Assembly (NCBI GenBank): GCA_030295235.1
Contig: AP026131.1
Location: forward strand, 1,302,001-1,366,000
DNA from: Fistulifera solaris
Lineage: Eukaryota
DNA: 64,000 nucleotides
Direction: 5' to 3'
The notes below the pieces were generated by a model. That model worked only from the letters and a program-made list of their open reading frames with translations. It searched no databases and was not told where the DNA came from. Shown here in pieces: positions 50,693 to 63,372 of the stretch. Numbering within the stretch: the first letter of the stretch is position 1; each line of letters begins with the position of its first letter. Both the position numbers and the translations under genes were made by a program.

Positions 50693-51776
50693 ATGACAGA
50701 AGCTTTCGTCGGTCGATCCGTTGCTGTCAATGCACAGCAGCCCCAACGGTCATTCTCGACCAAAAAGAAACGATTTCGAGGAGGAAAACAGCCAAAAATC
50801 CCACAACAACAGCAGCAACAACCATCGCACAACGACGACCCGATTACTCCTCACATTTCCGATCCTCGCAATAAAGACACGACAAACGATCAACGTTTGA
50901 CGACGAAAGCGACGAAACGAGGGAATGGTCGCAATACCGAATCGTTTGATCCTTCCAGTACGCTGGTACGTCCGGCCTTGCGGATTAAGGTCGGCTCGGC
51001 GGCGGTGAAACAATTCACACCGCCGCTGCGTCACGACGATGTCGTCATTGTGCCGGAACTCTTTGGTCCCGAAGAGAATTGGGATCTGTATCATCAGCTC
51101 TTGAAGGAAATGAAAGATCGTAAAGATTGGACGTCCTGGCACGAAGGAGCGCATCTCATTGTGAAACATCCCGATCCATCTCCGACCTTTCAAAAGGTCG
51201 TACAGACCTTGTGTGAGTACTTTCAGATTCAACCGGCCGGAGTCCGGTTCAACTGGTACAAGGATAGTTCCGACTGGAAACCCTTTCATCACGATTCGGC
51301 GGCCTTTAACCCGCAACGCGCGAAGACGCAAAACATTACCGTCGGTGCGAGCTTTGGGGCGTGTCGGGAATTGGCCTTTCTCTTAGCTTCTGAGGATAAA
51401 AACACACCCAATGACACGCGAATCTATTTTCCGCAACCCAACAACGGTGTCTTTTCGTTTGGTCGGGATGTCAATATTCGATGGAAACACGGCATTAATG
51501 CCGTGCAGGAGAAAATCGGAGCAAGGACGGATCAGTATCATTGTGTGGGGACTCGCACAAAATGTGATTGAAGAAGAGGATTCGCCCGCACTGTTGGGTT
51601 CCGATGGCCAAGGACCTCATGCGGCGAAGCAGAAGAATCATCATCGGGGAAATGACAAGAAGAATGGGCGTCGCAACCAGCATCACAACAAGAAAATAAT
51701 TCCGGACGATAAGACTGCTAACATTCCTCAAAAAGAAACCAGCAGCCCCGCGGTCGACAAAGAAAACAAACCTTAG
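50693..51776 (+). CDS. AlkB-like 2OG-Fe(II) oxygenase; frameshift near 51515
   Basis: RFNWY, HHD, SFG and WKHG, then RISIIVWG in the next frame. Confidence 0.8.
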
Positions 51777-51821
51777 TAATCAATAATAATACAAATAATA
51801 CTAGTTTGCAATTAATTACTG

Positions 51822-52157
51822 TTACAAGGGCTGTTTGCTACCAGCCAGCGTGAGTATTTGTATCATCCGCGAGGATTCTTGCTCCAGACAATGATGGTGC
51901 TGTGTTCCGTACTCGTGGGCCGCTTTCAACAGTAGAAAAGCTTCTTCATCGTCCCACGGGAGGGGAACAAAGTGATCGATCCAGTACCAGCACTGGATGG
52001 CAAACGTGGCTTCCTGCGGACGTTCTTGCACTCGTTGCAGACTTTGTTGAATGGCTCGTTCCAAGTGACATTCAGGGGGTATCGGACCATAGCTGAGGCC
52101 TTGTCTGGAGCCTACAACAGGCCAAAGAGAAGGACGGCTCCATATTTTGTGTTGCAA
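51822..52157 (-). pseudogene. Possible 3' fragment of an unknown gene
   Basis: Protein-like 111-aa frame with no ATG and stops upstream; identity not recognised. Confidence 0.25.
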
Positions 52158-52844
52158 AAGTCTGGGAAAACGCTTGATGAAATCTGCATGGTTGGGATGC
52201 GTACCAGTACTTGGCTCCGGTTATTCGGATGCCTTAACTTCCTAGACCTAGTAGACTATGCTTCTATTCAAGATATGTGCTTGAGCGGTACTGTAAAGCA
52301 TTAGAATACAATTTACAATGCACGTCAACGATTCAGACTTCAATCTTGAGAAAAAGTGAGGAACAAGCGAACAGTATTCTTTTATTATTTTTTAATAATT
52401 ATTTATTTTTTTATTAAAAAACGAACCCACATCCCACATCCACATCATGGTATGAACTTGAGCGGTAAAGTATTGTAGTTAGTATTATGATGCACTTCAA
52501 CAATTCGGATTCCTGTTTTGAGAAAAAAATGAAGAACAAGTGAACAAGAACAAAGTAATAAGGTCAATATTCTTTACAGGTATTTGATCGGGGATCGGGG
52601 CGTTTTCCTGATGGCTTCGGTTCTCGAAAAATGAGGGCGTCGCATGTCGCATCGTCGTCGGTCGTCGTACAGTGTGACAAAGCATTCTAGAAAACGCTAT
52701 GGCAAAGTTTATTTATTGCTATTGAAGACTTGAGTTCAAAGTTCAAAGCTCTTTATCCGACACCATGCATCTTTTATCTTTTCGCTCAACGAGAAGCGAA
52801 CCAAAGAAGGGAACGCGAACACTATTATCTGAAAAGTGAGCCTA

Positions 52845-52931
52845 AATGGAACACCGGAACATCAGAGTGCGGGTGGCATAAATACTTGGTAATGGAACAC
52901 CAGAACATCTGAGTGCGGGTGGCATAAAATA
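52845..52931 (+). repeat. 46-bp tandem duplication
   Basis: AATGGAACACC(G/A)GAACATC(A/T)GAGTGCGGGTGGCATAAA at 52845 and 52891. Confidence 0.9.
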
Positions 52932-53246
52932 CGAATGATGTAGATAGAGTTTTTCTCTCGGCGTCCGGCGTCCGGCGTCCTGCTTCCGGGTGCTAAGACA
53001 AGCGTACTTGTACCTGTAACCGTTCACAAATTAAGCCTCAAGTCCTTACAAAGATTCGCATCACAAAAAGATTGATTCCCAGTTTATGGAAGCCAAAAGC
53101 AACTCATTCGAAAGCGAATTATCAGTGGTCGTTGTGTTGCTCATAATATTCATTTCGGTAACCACCAGCAATCAAAATCAAGAAAAGGTACGACATTGAA
53201 AGCATTGCTGACCTTACACATCCCCTTTGCTCACAACCATGCTCTT

Positions 53247-55051
53247 ATGTCCTTCGTCGAAGCTACTATGAAAGCCACTACCATCAAGTCCAAGTCGTTG
53301 ATCCCCATCGGAGCTTTGGCGTTTCTCACAGCCATCCTGTGGTTCAACGCGAACCAGCAATCTCGACCATATTTCACAGCGCCACGCACGCTTGCGTTTT
53401 TCCCAGCAGCAAAGATTTGCAAATGCAATCGTGTTTTTCGCAAACATTGCCCTCCAGAAGTCGATGAGCCTAACGTCATCATCGAGGAATTCAGACAAAG
53501 CGTCCCTGCTATCACTCTTCAAGTCATGCCCATCAAATTATTTGATGTCATCGCTGAAGACTCTCCCAACGGTTTTGTCCCCGGCCGGATGGTGATTGAG
53601 ACTGGCGAACAGGAAATTGAAGCAAACGAATACGGTGCAATGCACTTTACAGGATACTTTGAGCCAGAAGACGGGAGTCCCATTGAAGAGGGCGCGATTG
53701 CGAAAATCTACCTCAGCGATGGGTCTTCGTTCACCGCCTCGATTGATCAGTTCGATGGATACTTTCAGTTCGATGTAACAAGTGTCCAACCCGGACGGGC
53801 ACCAGCCCTTATAACCTTTCCGAGAACCGTACCTAGCGGTAATTCAAGAGCTCTGGAACGAAATGTCAAAGCATCTTTTCAACGCCAACTTGTTGACGAC
53901 GGATCTTGGCTCAAGACTCCCGCTCCTGTATGGTGTAACAATCGGGCAGACTGTCCTGCTGATTTGAGCTTCACGCTCACATGGAACACACCAACCAGCG
54001 ACCTTGACCTTCACGTGTTCGAAGGAGAACCAAGCGGGGATCATGTTTACTATGTGCAACAATCTGGCGAGTATGGTGTCCTCGACTGGGACGATACGGA
54101 GGGATATGGACCTGAAAACTATTTTGCAACGAACGCTCCTCCCGAAACCTCGTTCGTGGCAGCTGTCCACTGCTTTTCCGAAGACGAAGATGTTCTGCCT
54201 CAAAGTTTCGAATTAGTGGCGCGTGTTGGAGGGGAGCATCTGTGGACCGAAAGAGGTCAGATTGAACAGTGCGCACTAAGCAATGGTAACTTTTGGACTG
54301 ACCAAGGAGACTGGTCTGCCAAATATAGCATCACAGCTACGGATAGTGGTGCTGTATGTCGCAAGTGCCATCACGACGATATTGATGTGCAGCGCCAATC
54401 ACCTCCTTCGCCTTCGGAGACATCGCCTAAGCAGACCAATCAAGTGCGGCGCAAACTCGAAACCTTTGACGACAGCCCTCCCAAATGTGAGAGCTGTCTA
54501 GATCGGTATTCAGGATATTTCGAATGGCGATCCGAAACCGAAGAATGGAAGCTGTACCGAGACTTACAGGCGGCGAAAAACAGTAGATCATTGGACAGTG
54601 ATACCGTTGCGTTCTGGTACACAACGCTCATGACTCCTTTGGCCACTAGTGCAGGCACGCCGTTGTCTTTCTTTCGACTGCGCAAGTACATTACCGACCA
54701 ACGCTTGGAACGTGACCAGCTGCAATGTGCGATGTACTACATTATGGAGACTTTTTGCCGCGCCAGATCTTTGAAAAAGTCGACCGAGTTCATTGCTGCC
54801 TTGCGCCGTGTTGTTACCTACCAGGTTTACATGGAACTTTTGGTTTCTCCTGCTTTGAATACCATGGAAAAATTGAGCTAAAATTGGCTGAGATCTTTGC
54901 AGAAGAGTTTGTAGAAGAAAATTTTCCAGAAGGATTCTCTCTAAGTTCGACCGAAGTGATTGTCAATGCGTATTCAAAAATTTTTGCAAGCTACTTTCTC
55001 TTCACAAACCTCGAAATCAATCTAATTTGGAGTTGCGACTTTTCCAATTAA
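53247..55051 (+). CDS. Membrane-anchored or secreted protein with a YfaP/DUF2135-like domain; probable frameshift near 54870
   Basis: N-terminal hydrophobic helix; LTWNTPTSDLDLHVFE...HVYY...LDWDDTEGYGPENY motif. Confidence 0.7.
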
Positions 55052-55383
55052 GTAACACTGGTTACTGTCTGAAAAGGTCACAGAGAGAGACGTGGTCTTA
55101 ACAAGCGACTCTTCGCTCCGGCGAGGCATCTATATACCGACTTCATCAACAAGCGAATGCGATGAAACCCTTATTTGCGTGAGAAATACATGTGATACGT
55201 GATCTGCATGAGAATGAAACGGAAGCCGAAACAGTCGAAATGGTAGACTCAATCATAGCTTCCCTTTACATAAAGCGATTCTTTTCAAACAGTTTTTCTT
55301 CTTTATGTCGAGCGCAACATAGCAGGATTTTCCTTACAAGAAAAAATGCGGAGAGACATAGTGACCCACCCACAATCAGAGTT

Positions 55384-56130
55384 TCCAATGGATTCGTTGA
55401 CAAGACGAGTGTGGTCGAAGTGGAAGGTGTCGCGATTCTAAATGACGCCGTCGTTGCCACACTCGATAGCACCTTGTTGACGGAAGATCCGACCATCTTT
55501 GATGGCCCCAGTACCAAACGTGCCGCTTTGGCGGCGACCTTTGTCATTCAGAAGAATTGCCTCACGATCGCCAACAATCACTTCAAATCGAAAGGAGGTA
55601 CCGGAACCGGCGCGAATGCCGATCAAAATGACGGTGCAGCTAGTTTCAACAATCGTCGCTTACTGGCGGCAAAAGCCTTGGATCTGTGGCTCACCACGGA
55701 TCCGACCGGTGTGGCTTGTGAGAACATTGCCATTGTGGGCGATTTGAATTCGTACGTCAAGGAAGATCCCATTCGGTATTTGACCGACACGACGTTCAAT
55801 CCCAACGCGAATTTCCGCGATATTTTCGATGCTCCCGAAAATCAGTACAGTTACGTCTTTGATGGCATGATCGGAACGCTCGATTACGTTTTGGTGAATG
55901 ATGCCTTGTCGGAATTGGTCGTCGACGCTCAAAAGTGGCACATTAATGAAGACGAACCCGATGCGTTGGATTACAATTTGGATTTTGGACGTCTCGCGAC
56001 GTATTTTGACGGCTCAAATGCGGCGCGGAATTCGGATCACAGTCCCGTGTTGATGGGAATCGATTTCACGCCCCCGCGTCGTAGAAATGGATTATGTCCT
56101 CCCTCGTTTGCGAATAATAATCGTTCGTAA
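55384..56130 (+). pseudogene. 5'-truncated second copy of the ExeM/NucH nuclease (C-terminal part of the EEP domain only)
   Basis: Near-identical protein from SNGF to SDHSPV...; lacks the signal peptide, OB-fold and the NVLNF/EIE motifs. Confidence 0.88.
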
Positions 56131-56338
56131 CTAGAGTAATGAATGAATGCATCATGAAATAAATACAGTAGATTTCGTCAAAATGCGTGCTGCGATCTGC
56201 GATGATTTTTTCTTTCATTTTTTTCGGGCGGAGCTTTGACGACTGGCGTCCAGACGCAACTAACAGAAATGATTAGGGTTCGAGTGTAATTACCCCTTGA
56301 CCCTTTTGATAACACGCAGCATTTTTTCTCTCTCTTTT

Positions 56339-56522
56339 TGATAAAAACGTAGTGAATCGATTGAATTGCAAACAAACAAAATTATAAAGTTAACGTGCGT
56401 TACATCGCTGGTTCCGCGAGGGTCTTTTCAGTCTTTCAAACCTTCGCTTCGCCCGTTTATGTCGGCACCCGGCTAACCCCAATCCTTAGGATAGCCCGTG
56501 ATCGGCACACCACATTTTGACA
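56339..56522 (-). repeat. 3' LTR (184 bp)
   Basis: Differs from 62968-63150 by three 1-bp indels and one substitution, by eye. Confidence 0.95.
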
Positions 56523-59500
56523 CTCCTCTCAAGTAGATCGTTGTGAAGCGGTCAACTTGCAACAAAAGGTGTGTCATTCATTCACATCAAATTTAAGTGG
56601 TTCACACATGCTAATCCACTTGCACACAAGATGGTTCTTCTTCCACACTAGGAAGCTTACTTCCACCTTCACAAAGGGGCACATCTCGGGACCTAGGTTA
56701 TTTTAACCCCGATCGAAAGATATGATGCAACAGATTGCTAACAAATCGAACTCTCTTCTCTCCATGAGGTAGTTGCTTTGTCAACAAATCAGCTTCATTG
56801 TCATGAGTATTCACATAGCACGTTCGCCACTCGCTGCGCTACACCCTCACGAACAAAATGGTACGCAATGCTTTGCGATTTCTTTTCAAAGTCGAATCCG
56901 GGATTGTTGTGTTAGCCAACACTGACTGATTGTCTCCTTCAATGTAACATGGCCCATCCACAGGTATTCCCATCATACTGAAGCTTGTATCTCAGTCCTC
57001 TGAGGTACTCACAGCACTGTTTCATAGCAACGAACTCGGATCCAAAACTGCTGCTTTCGACACTTGTCTGTTTCTTTGAATGCCAGCACACAAGCGCCAT
57101 ATTCAAATACACAAGAAAGCCAGTTCGCGATCTCCTGGTCAGAGAGTCTGATGCGTGGTCAGCGTCAACCTTAGCTCGAATAACGAACCCAATCCCGCGT
57201 GGTTCCGGCATGTTCGTCGGTATGGTCTCCTGACCTTGAACATGACCGAATTCACTTGAGGCCCAATCTCTCTCCTGGAACTTAGCCTCATCAACAAAAC
57301 GGTACAGTTGGATCAAATACCATCTCGGCATTATGATACTTCTTGAGATAAGCAAAGATATGCAACACCTGTTCGAAATGTCCTTCACGGCATCGCCATG
57401 AGCGAAGACAAAATCGAAACCTCAAGACAAATGTCGACTCTTCCAAGCTCAACAATCCACCGTAGAACCCCAATCAAAGACATGTAATACGCGGCAAGCG
57501 TTGGATCCAATTCAGGACTTACATCTAGCTCTGATCGATACGAAGTTCGCATTGGCGTGTCTGCTTTTGCGGGAAGATCCCAACGTTCCAACTTTTTGAT
57601 GTACTTTTCAACGTTTGCGACGGCCGCTTGAACATACTGCGATGAAGAGAAAGACCACGCTCGTGCGCCATTTTCTAACTCAACCTTTCGCACACGTCCT
57701 CCAAGATAGATCTTCGGCGGTCCAATCGATTCTTCTTTCAATTCAAAGTACTTGCCGATCTCTTCCCTTAAAAACCCGTTCAGGATTTTCGCTCACACAC
57801 AAAGTATCGTCGGTGTAAAGAAGGATGTATTCGTAGTAGCTAGAGCCATCAGCCTTCTTGGCCGGTCTCATCCAAACATCCGGATCAGCTAAACATGAAG
57901 TGAAACCAAGATCCAACATGCCAGAACGCCAAGTGGTTCCGGAAATCTCTCCCAGCCGATTTTCCGCCGTACAAGGCGCGATGTATTAGTGCCACACGAC
58001 CAACATTCTCCAATCCAAACTCGATTCCACAAATGACATAGTGCTTTTGCGAGGAAGGCGCCTGCAAATAGGGCGTTCGCGAATATCAGCAGCACAGATG
58101 TCAACACCATTAAGAGCAGCATACGTGAAAGCAATTCTGACGCTTTCCCTGGAGACAACACCAGCATAGGTGGATCCAATAGGGTCAGCAGTCTTATGCC
58201 CGTCCAGAACCCATCGAGCCTTCCGAGTAAAGTCCATCTTCACATCAAAGACAAGATGTCCGGTCGCAGGCGTCCACCCAGGTGGTGCTTTCTTTCCTTC
58301 ACCGAGGATCTCAAATGCCACTCAAACGTTGTACATCTCTTTGGCAAATGCATCTCGCCAGAAAGTGTTACCGTTTAAGTTGGTCAATTTTGTGAGGGCG
58401 TCTTACGTCCCTGGGTATCTCGATCCCGTACTTATGCGTGAATGCGTCGAAGTCTCTTCTTGAGCGCACCCAGGATTGCGTTCGCCCTACGAAGTGTAAG
58501 TGGTACCCACCAAGCAACGCCGGTTCATCGTCAATGCCTCGTGCAACCGCAAATTCAGCTGTTTCAACCGGGTGGGAGTCTTTTAGATCCTTAAGGTGGA
58601 CCCACGACTCATTACCATCACGCCATCAAACAAGAAGTTTCCATCCTTGGGTCGTCTTTCGCCAATCGTGTTTCTCCACGACGTGTGACAACACGAGCTT
58701 CACTCTTACTTAGAGCTGTCTCCTCCTTCTTATAGTCGACAATCCCTTCCATGAGGGACTTAGAGAATCCATCGTCGTCGCATTGGGCAATCATGTTCTG
58801 AGCAATCAAATTGGCTGAGTATTCACGAATGACACCATCACCAAACTTCGACGTCGTACACAACAGTGTTCATCGCCGGGTTGTCACTGTATGTGCCAAT
58901 CGTTTGCCCGTCATCACCAATCGTTTAGCCCCGACCCTGGCTGTTTCCATTTCACCGCCATCCTTTTGGAGTTGTACTTCAGCATTAATGATGCGATCGT
59001 AAGCCGGTGCAACATCAAGAAGTACACCATTGGCGTCCACAGCCTCTTCGACATTTGAAAATTCTCTAGGCGTCTCATCACCGTCCTGGTATGGTTCCCA
59101 CTCGTCATTGTCGCTGTCATTGCGTCGATAATCCTTCCGTCGAACTGGTGAGTCAATTGGTGGCGGCGTCATTGCCGTCCCCCATCTCCCTCTCAATGAG
59201 GCCGTCAAAAATTTCTCTTCGACGCTTCTCTGTATCACTGTGGAGCTTGGCAATGGTCAGCGAAGCGTACTGTGCGACGAGGAACGACTTCGACCATTCG
59301 CTTTCAGTACCCATTGGGCCATTTCATTCCCAGCGCCCTTTGCCGGTCCAAGAACGCGTCCAAGGATCTCCTTACTGACAGGAAAATCGTTCTTTTGATC
59401 CCGGAAGTATACCCATTCATACCACCCAAATTGACACAGGTTGCTGATATCACCTGTATCACCTGTGACAAGAGTGTAAGGGTTTTGTCCGTGCAGATTA

Positions 59501-62500
59501 AAACGATCCCGTGCAGTCATGTTATTGATCCGAGCGCCGCTCCAAGCAGTAGTCCCACAGAGGCATGGGGCTATTCGCCTCCTTCATATCTTTTCGAACA
59601 GCTTCCTTCAACAGTCCAATATAAAGTTCAGCCTTGTTCGACCACGGAGTGTTCTCCTCTAAAGCACGTAATGTCGATCCGATGTCACGACAAAAGCGTC
59701 GCGCCGAGACTCCTGGTTTGTTCGCCGGACGGCGTCACAAATGAATGCATCGGGAGCTCCCACTTCCTTTGCGAATTCCTTCATCGCTTGCAAGACTTCA
59801 CCCTTCGATCTCATCGGTACAACATGCACGAAACCCTTGTCTGACACAAACAGTTGACAACACGTGTGTCCTCGTTCAGACTTGCCTATTTTGGACGTAG
59901 CAAAGAGGGTATCCATGTAGAAGTACTCTTTGATGTGCTTGTAGCGAAGCATGCGATCGTTCGTTCCATAGTTGGCGCCAACTTTGGGTTGTCTTGTCTT
60001 ACTGCGCGTTGATCGGTAACTTCAAGTGTCCGCTCGGCATCTTTGTGTTCAATTCGCCAAACCTTGGACAAGTGTGCAGCATCAACTCCCTGGTGCCTAA
60101 TCCCGTGGGCAGCAGAGACCATGAACTCATCTAACTCGTCTCCTAATTCGGCTCGGGCAAAGTACTCTTCAACTAGATCAACAGTGTCGTCTGCGATTGC
60201 GGCGGCGGGAGCATCAGTTGCATCACCATCATGGTATAGATGTCGCTGAGAGGAAACAGTTGTCGCGCCAATCGCCATAGAAAATTCACCGCATTCGAGA
60301 CACTCCTTCATCCTGGCTAGTAAACTAGAACAGTCGAGTTGTGGCGAGAATGGAAGAAACACGTGCTCTTCATTGGCATCTTCTGTAAAAGTGAACTCTT
60401 TTTCGACGCGGCTCCTCTCCAGACTGCTTATGACAAACGATTCCCTATCGTTGTCTTGCACAGCCGTCATGAGATAGCGAGTCTTTGGTAGAGGCAACAC
60501 CATTTCTCCGTTACAATCCAGCATCGCCGCCTCATTTATCGCATAGCTGACGTTGTGAGGGTCCCATGCCGTCGGGCGTCAACATATAGATATTCTCCGA
60601 CTGTTGTAGTTGGAGGAGGCTCGGCTTGCTGGTTGGGAAGAAAGAAAACACACCGTGCAAAGAGAGCGGTATCCGTAATCCCGTCTCCTGAAAATAAATC
60701 GCATGATTCTCAACGGTCGGATCCACAGTCTGGATCTTCGGAGTGTCGTCCACAGTGACACCAGCCTCACGCATCACAAAAGGCGGTATCAAGTTGTTGT
60801 TCATATTCGGAACATAAAGTGCATTCCGAACAAGCAAAATGATTTCATCCCCACTGTATGGACACTCGTAGAGCAAAGCTGCATCCACAAGTGAGCACTG
60901 CATCGGCTTGTAGTCTGGTGTGAACGCCAAACATCCACAGTTTCTCCAGTTCTAGCAACCACAAATGCGTTCCACCCGACGACTGGCATATTTGCATGTG
61001 TGTCCAATTCAGTCCTCGAAATCCCTGACGTATCTTGGTCATCAACGTCCATCGCACCGGTGTCCATGACAACAGCACGTGACGATGCAATCACGCCCTG
61101 TCAGGTAATCGTTCGGTGCGGTATGTCGTCCTCGGTCCCATGTTCGACTGTTCTCCGGCTGTGGCTTCTGACTTACCCTCCAATCATCATTGACTGGAGT
61201 AGTCGCTGCCGCCGGGCCCAGTCAACGAAGGTAACGATGGCTCACAGGACGGCGAGGGCCAGCACGTCGGAGAGCTCGTTCATACGTCTCCCGTTAAGCC
61301 ACCTCAGATCCCGCCTTCGCTTCCTCTTCCGCATCCTGCGTTGGTCCCGAGGGAGACTCTTCTTGTGCATCCTTGACCTCGACAGACGACACGTTTCCAC
61401 CCTGAGATGCTGAACCCGTGATCATTTGAAGAAGATTGCGCTTGCTGCTCCACAGCAGAGATCTGCTTGTTTCCACTTGTTTCCGTCGGCGTCGCCTGGC
61501 CACGGCTTTCCAAGTGTTTGTTCACCGCCTTCTCAACTGCAGCTGCTAGCGCCTTGGTCCGCTTGTCCTTCTTCTTCTGCTTCTTAGCTGGGTTCTTGAA
61601 CTCGTCTGGGTTCTTGGCCCGATAGTCCCGCAACTCGTTCCTTTGCTCAACGGTCAGTTTTGCATATTCCTTGTTCGTGTGGTAACGCAAGTGAACTCCA
61701 CTCGACCCGATTCCTTGTTTCGCAGTTGCTCCGGACGACTCAGCATGTACATCAGAGATGGATGCGTTATTTCTCTTGTTTGTCCCCGTCATTATTCTGG
61801 CGTTTTCGCGACGGGATCCTTTGGGAGCAAATAAGCGACCGCATCTTCAAAATTGTGCCTCTTGCCTCCAGGTGCGTCATCATTCTCGATGTGGGCAATT
61901 GCTGCCTGCAACCCCGCATCGTCACAAATGATCTTGCTCAACAGGTCGGTCACTCGCGTATAGCCATCAGGAAGCTGATGAGGTACGTGCTCGGCAGCAG
62001 CAGTCATCTGGATGTAGGCCGTGCGATGCTGCTGGACAAAACTCTCCAACGTAAAGTTTGAATTGCCTTTCCATTCTCTCACGAGCGCAATGATGTCCTT
62101 GTGCTTCGCAATAATGGCGTCCCATTTGTCCTTTCCAGCATACTGCGCCTTGAGTGCCAAGTAAGCTCCTCTTCCGTCCAAAGTTCGTTTAAAAGGGGCA
62201 ATCGGGTCGTGATAAACCGTATTCCGTGTCGCCTCTTCAATCTTGAAATACACCTCCAGCGTTGTCTTCCTTGAAGTTCGATCGGGAATGAGAAGAACGA
62301 TGGATCAAATCCTCCACAATAGATCCATGCTTTTCGGTGTAAGGCTGACTTTGCGCTCGAAGCGGGGCATTCACCGCAACATCAACCGTATCCCGAATCA
62401 CGGCTGCCAAAGGCACAAACCGGGTGCCAATGCACTGATAGCAATGGTCCTTGAAAGACTCAATCCACTTGACAAAAGAGACACCTTTTCCCAACTTGGG

Positions 62501-62967
62501 CGCCCCGGGTTGCTCTTTTCTTCTTTTTCGCCTTCAAGGCGTCCCACAGCTCCTGGAAGTTCTTAATAACCGGAGTATACATCATATCCTGCGCCCGTAA
62601 CCGCTCTTCCGATTGTATCATAGAAGTGAAGGAGCTCAATAGCCGCTTCCAATCGAATCTGCGATTTGATGGGGAAGGAAAATGGCTCGCGGGGAATTGT
62701 CGCTCCAGCTGGCGGGCCACCAGCTAATCCTGCATTCGGATCAGGGACACGACCGGTGGGGCGTCGAAGGCTCTCTGCGATGCGCTTCACATCATCCGGC
62801 TTGAATGACAGCAAGTCATCGAATGTAGAGATGCCATCTCTCACCAACTGCTCATGCGTCGCGACCGGAATTCCCATCTGTTCTGCGGCAGTGAAGAACG
62901 CCAAGTGCTGTTGTTGTGTAACCACCATGGTCACTCGCTGTCAAAGCTAAACTGGGTCTGAATAAAC

Positions 62968-63150
62968 TGATAAAACGTAGTGAATCGATTGAATTGCAAA
63001 CAAACAAAATTATAAAGTTAACGTCGCGTTACATCGCTGGTTCCGCGAGGGTCTTTTCAGTCTTTCAAACCTTCGCTTCGCCGTTTATGTCGGCACCCGG
63101 CTAACCCCAATCCTTAGGATAGCCCGTGATCGGCACACCACATTTTAACA
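62968..63150 (-). repeat. 5' LTR (183 bp)
   Basis: TGATAAAACG...CACATTTTAACA on the + strand. Confidence 0.95.
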
Positions 63151-63372
63151 TTTTCTCCACCGTTTTCATTCAGTGCTATCCGTCCAGACATTCACTCGTC
63201 GTTTTATAATCATTGTATTCATTGTAGTATTATCTTAAACCTATCAATTTCGTCAATAGCACCGGATTTTCTATTGAGAGCTTATTGCGCGTCTTGTCCT
63301 GTTTTTGTTTCTGGTAGTACACTTTTCCTGTGATTTTCCCTTCCTTGCTTATCAACTTGCGTGTGTGAAACA

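Larger units (their letters stand above)
56339..63150 (-). mobile_element. Full-length Ty1/Copia LTR retrotransposon (diatom CoDi-like), about 6.8 kb, with many frameshifts
   Basis: TG...CA LTRs. Minus-strand order: gag (from 62928), protease (ELDTHAN), integrase, RT (KARWV, ALYG, YTDD), RNase H (DADHA, SSFGSEF, ADLLTK). PPT CTTGAGAGGAG abuts the 3' LTR. Confidence 0.96.

Noticed and set aside
11046..51776. Frameshifts in CHD, NBAS-like, dusA, CA-like, SEN34-like, GH16, vWA-HYR and AlkB-like genes as pseudogenisation or programmed frameshifting
   Set aside because: They affect many unrelated conserved genes, often at homopolymer runs and without accompanying nonsense decay; sequencing or consensus indels are the simpler explanation.
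61095..61310. Stop codons between gag and pol as programmed readthrough
   Set aside because: The element has too many apparent indel errors to infer recoding.
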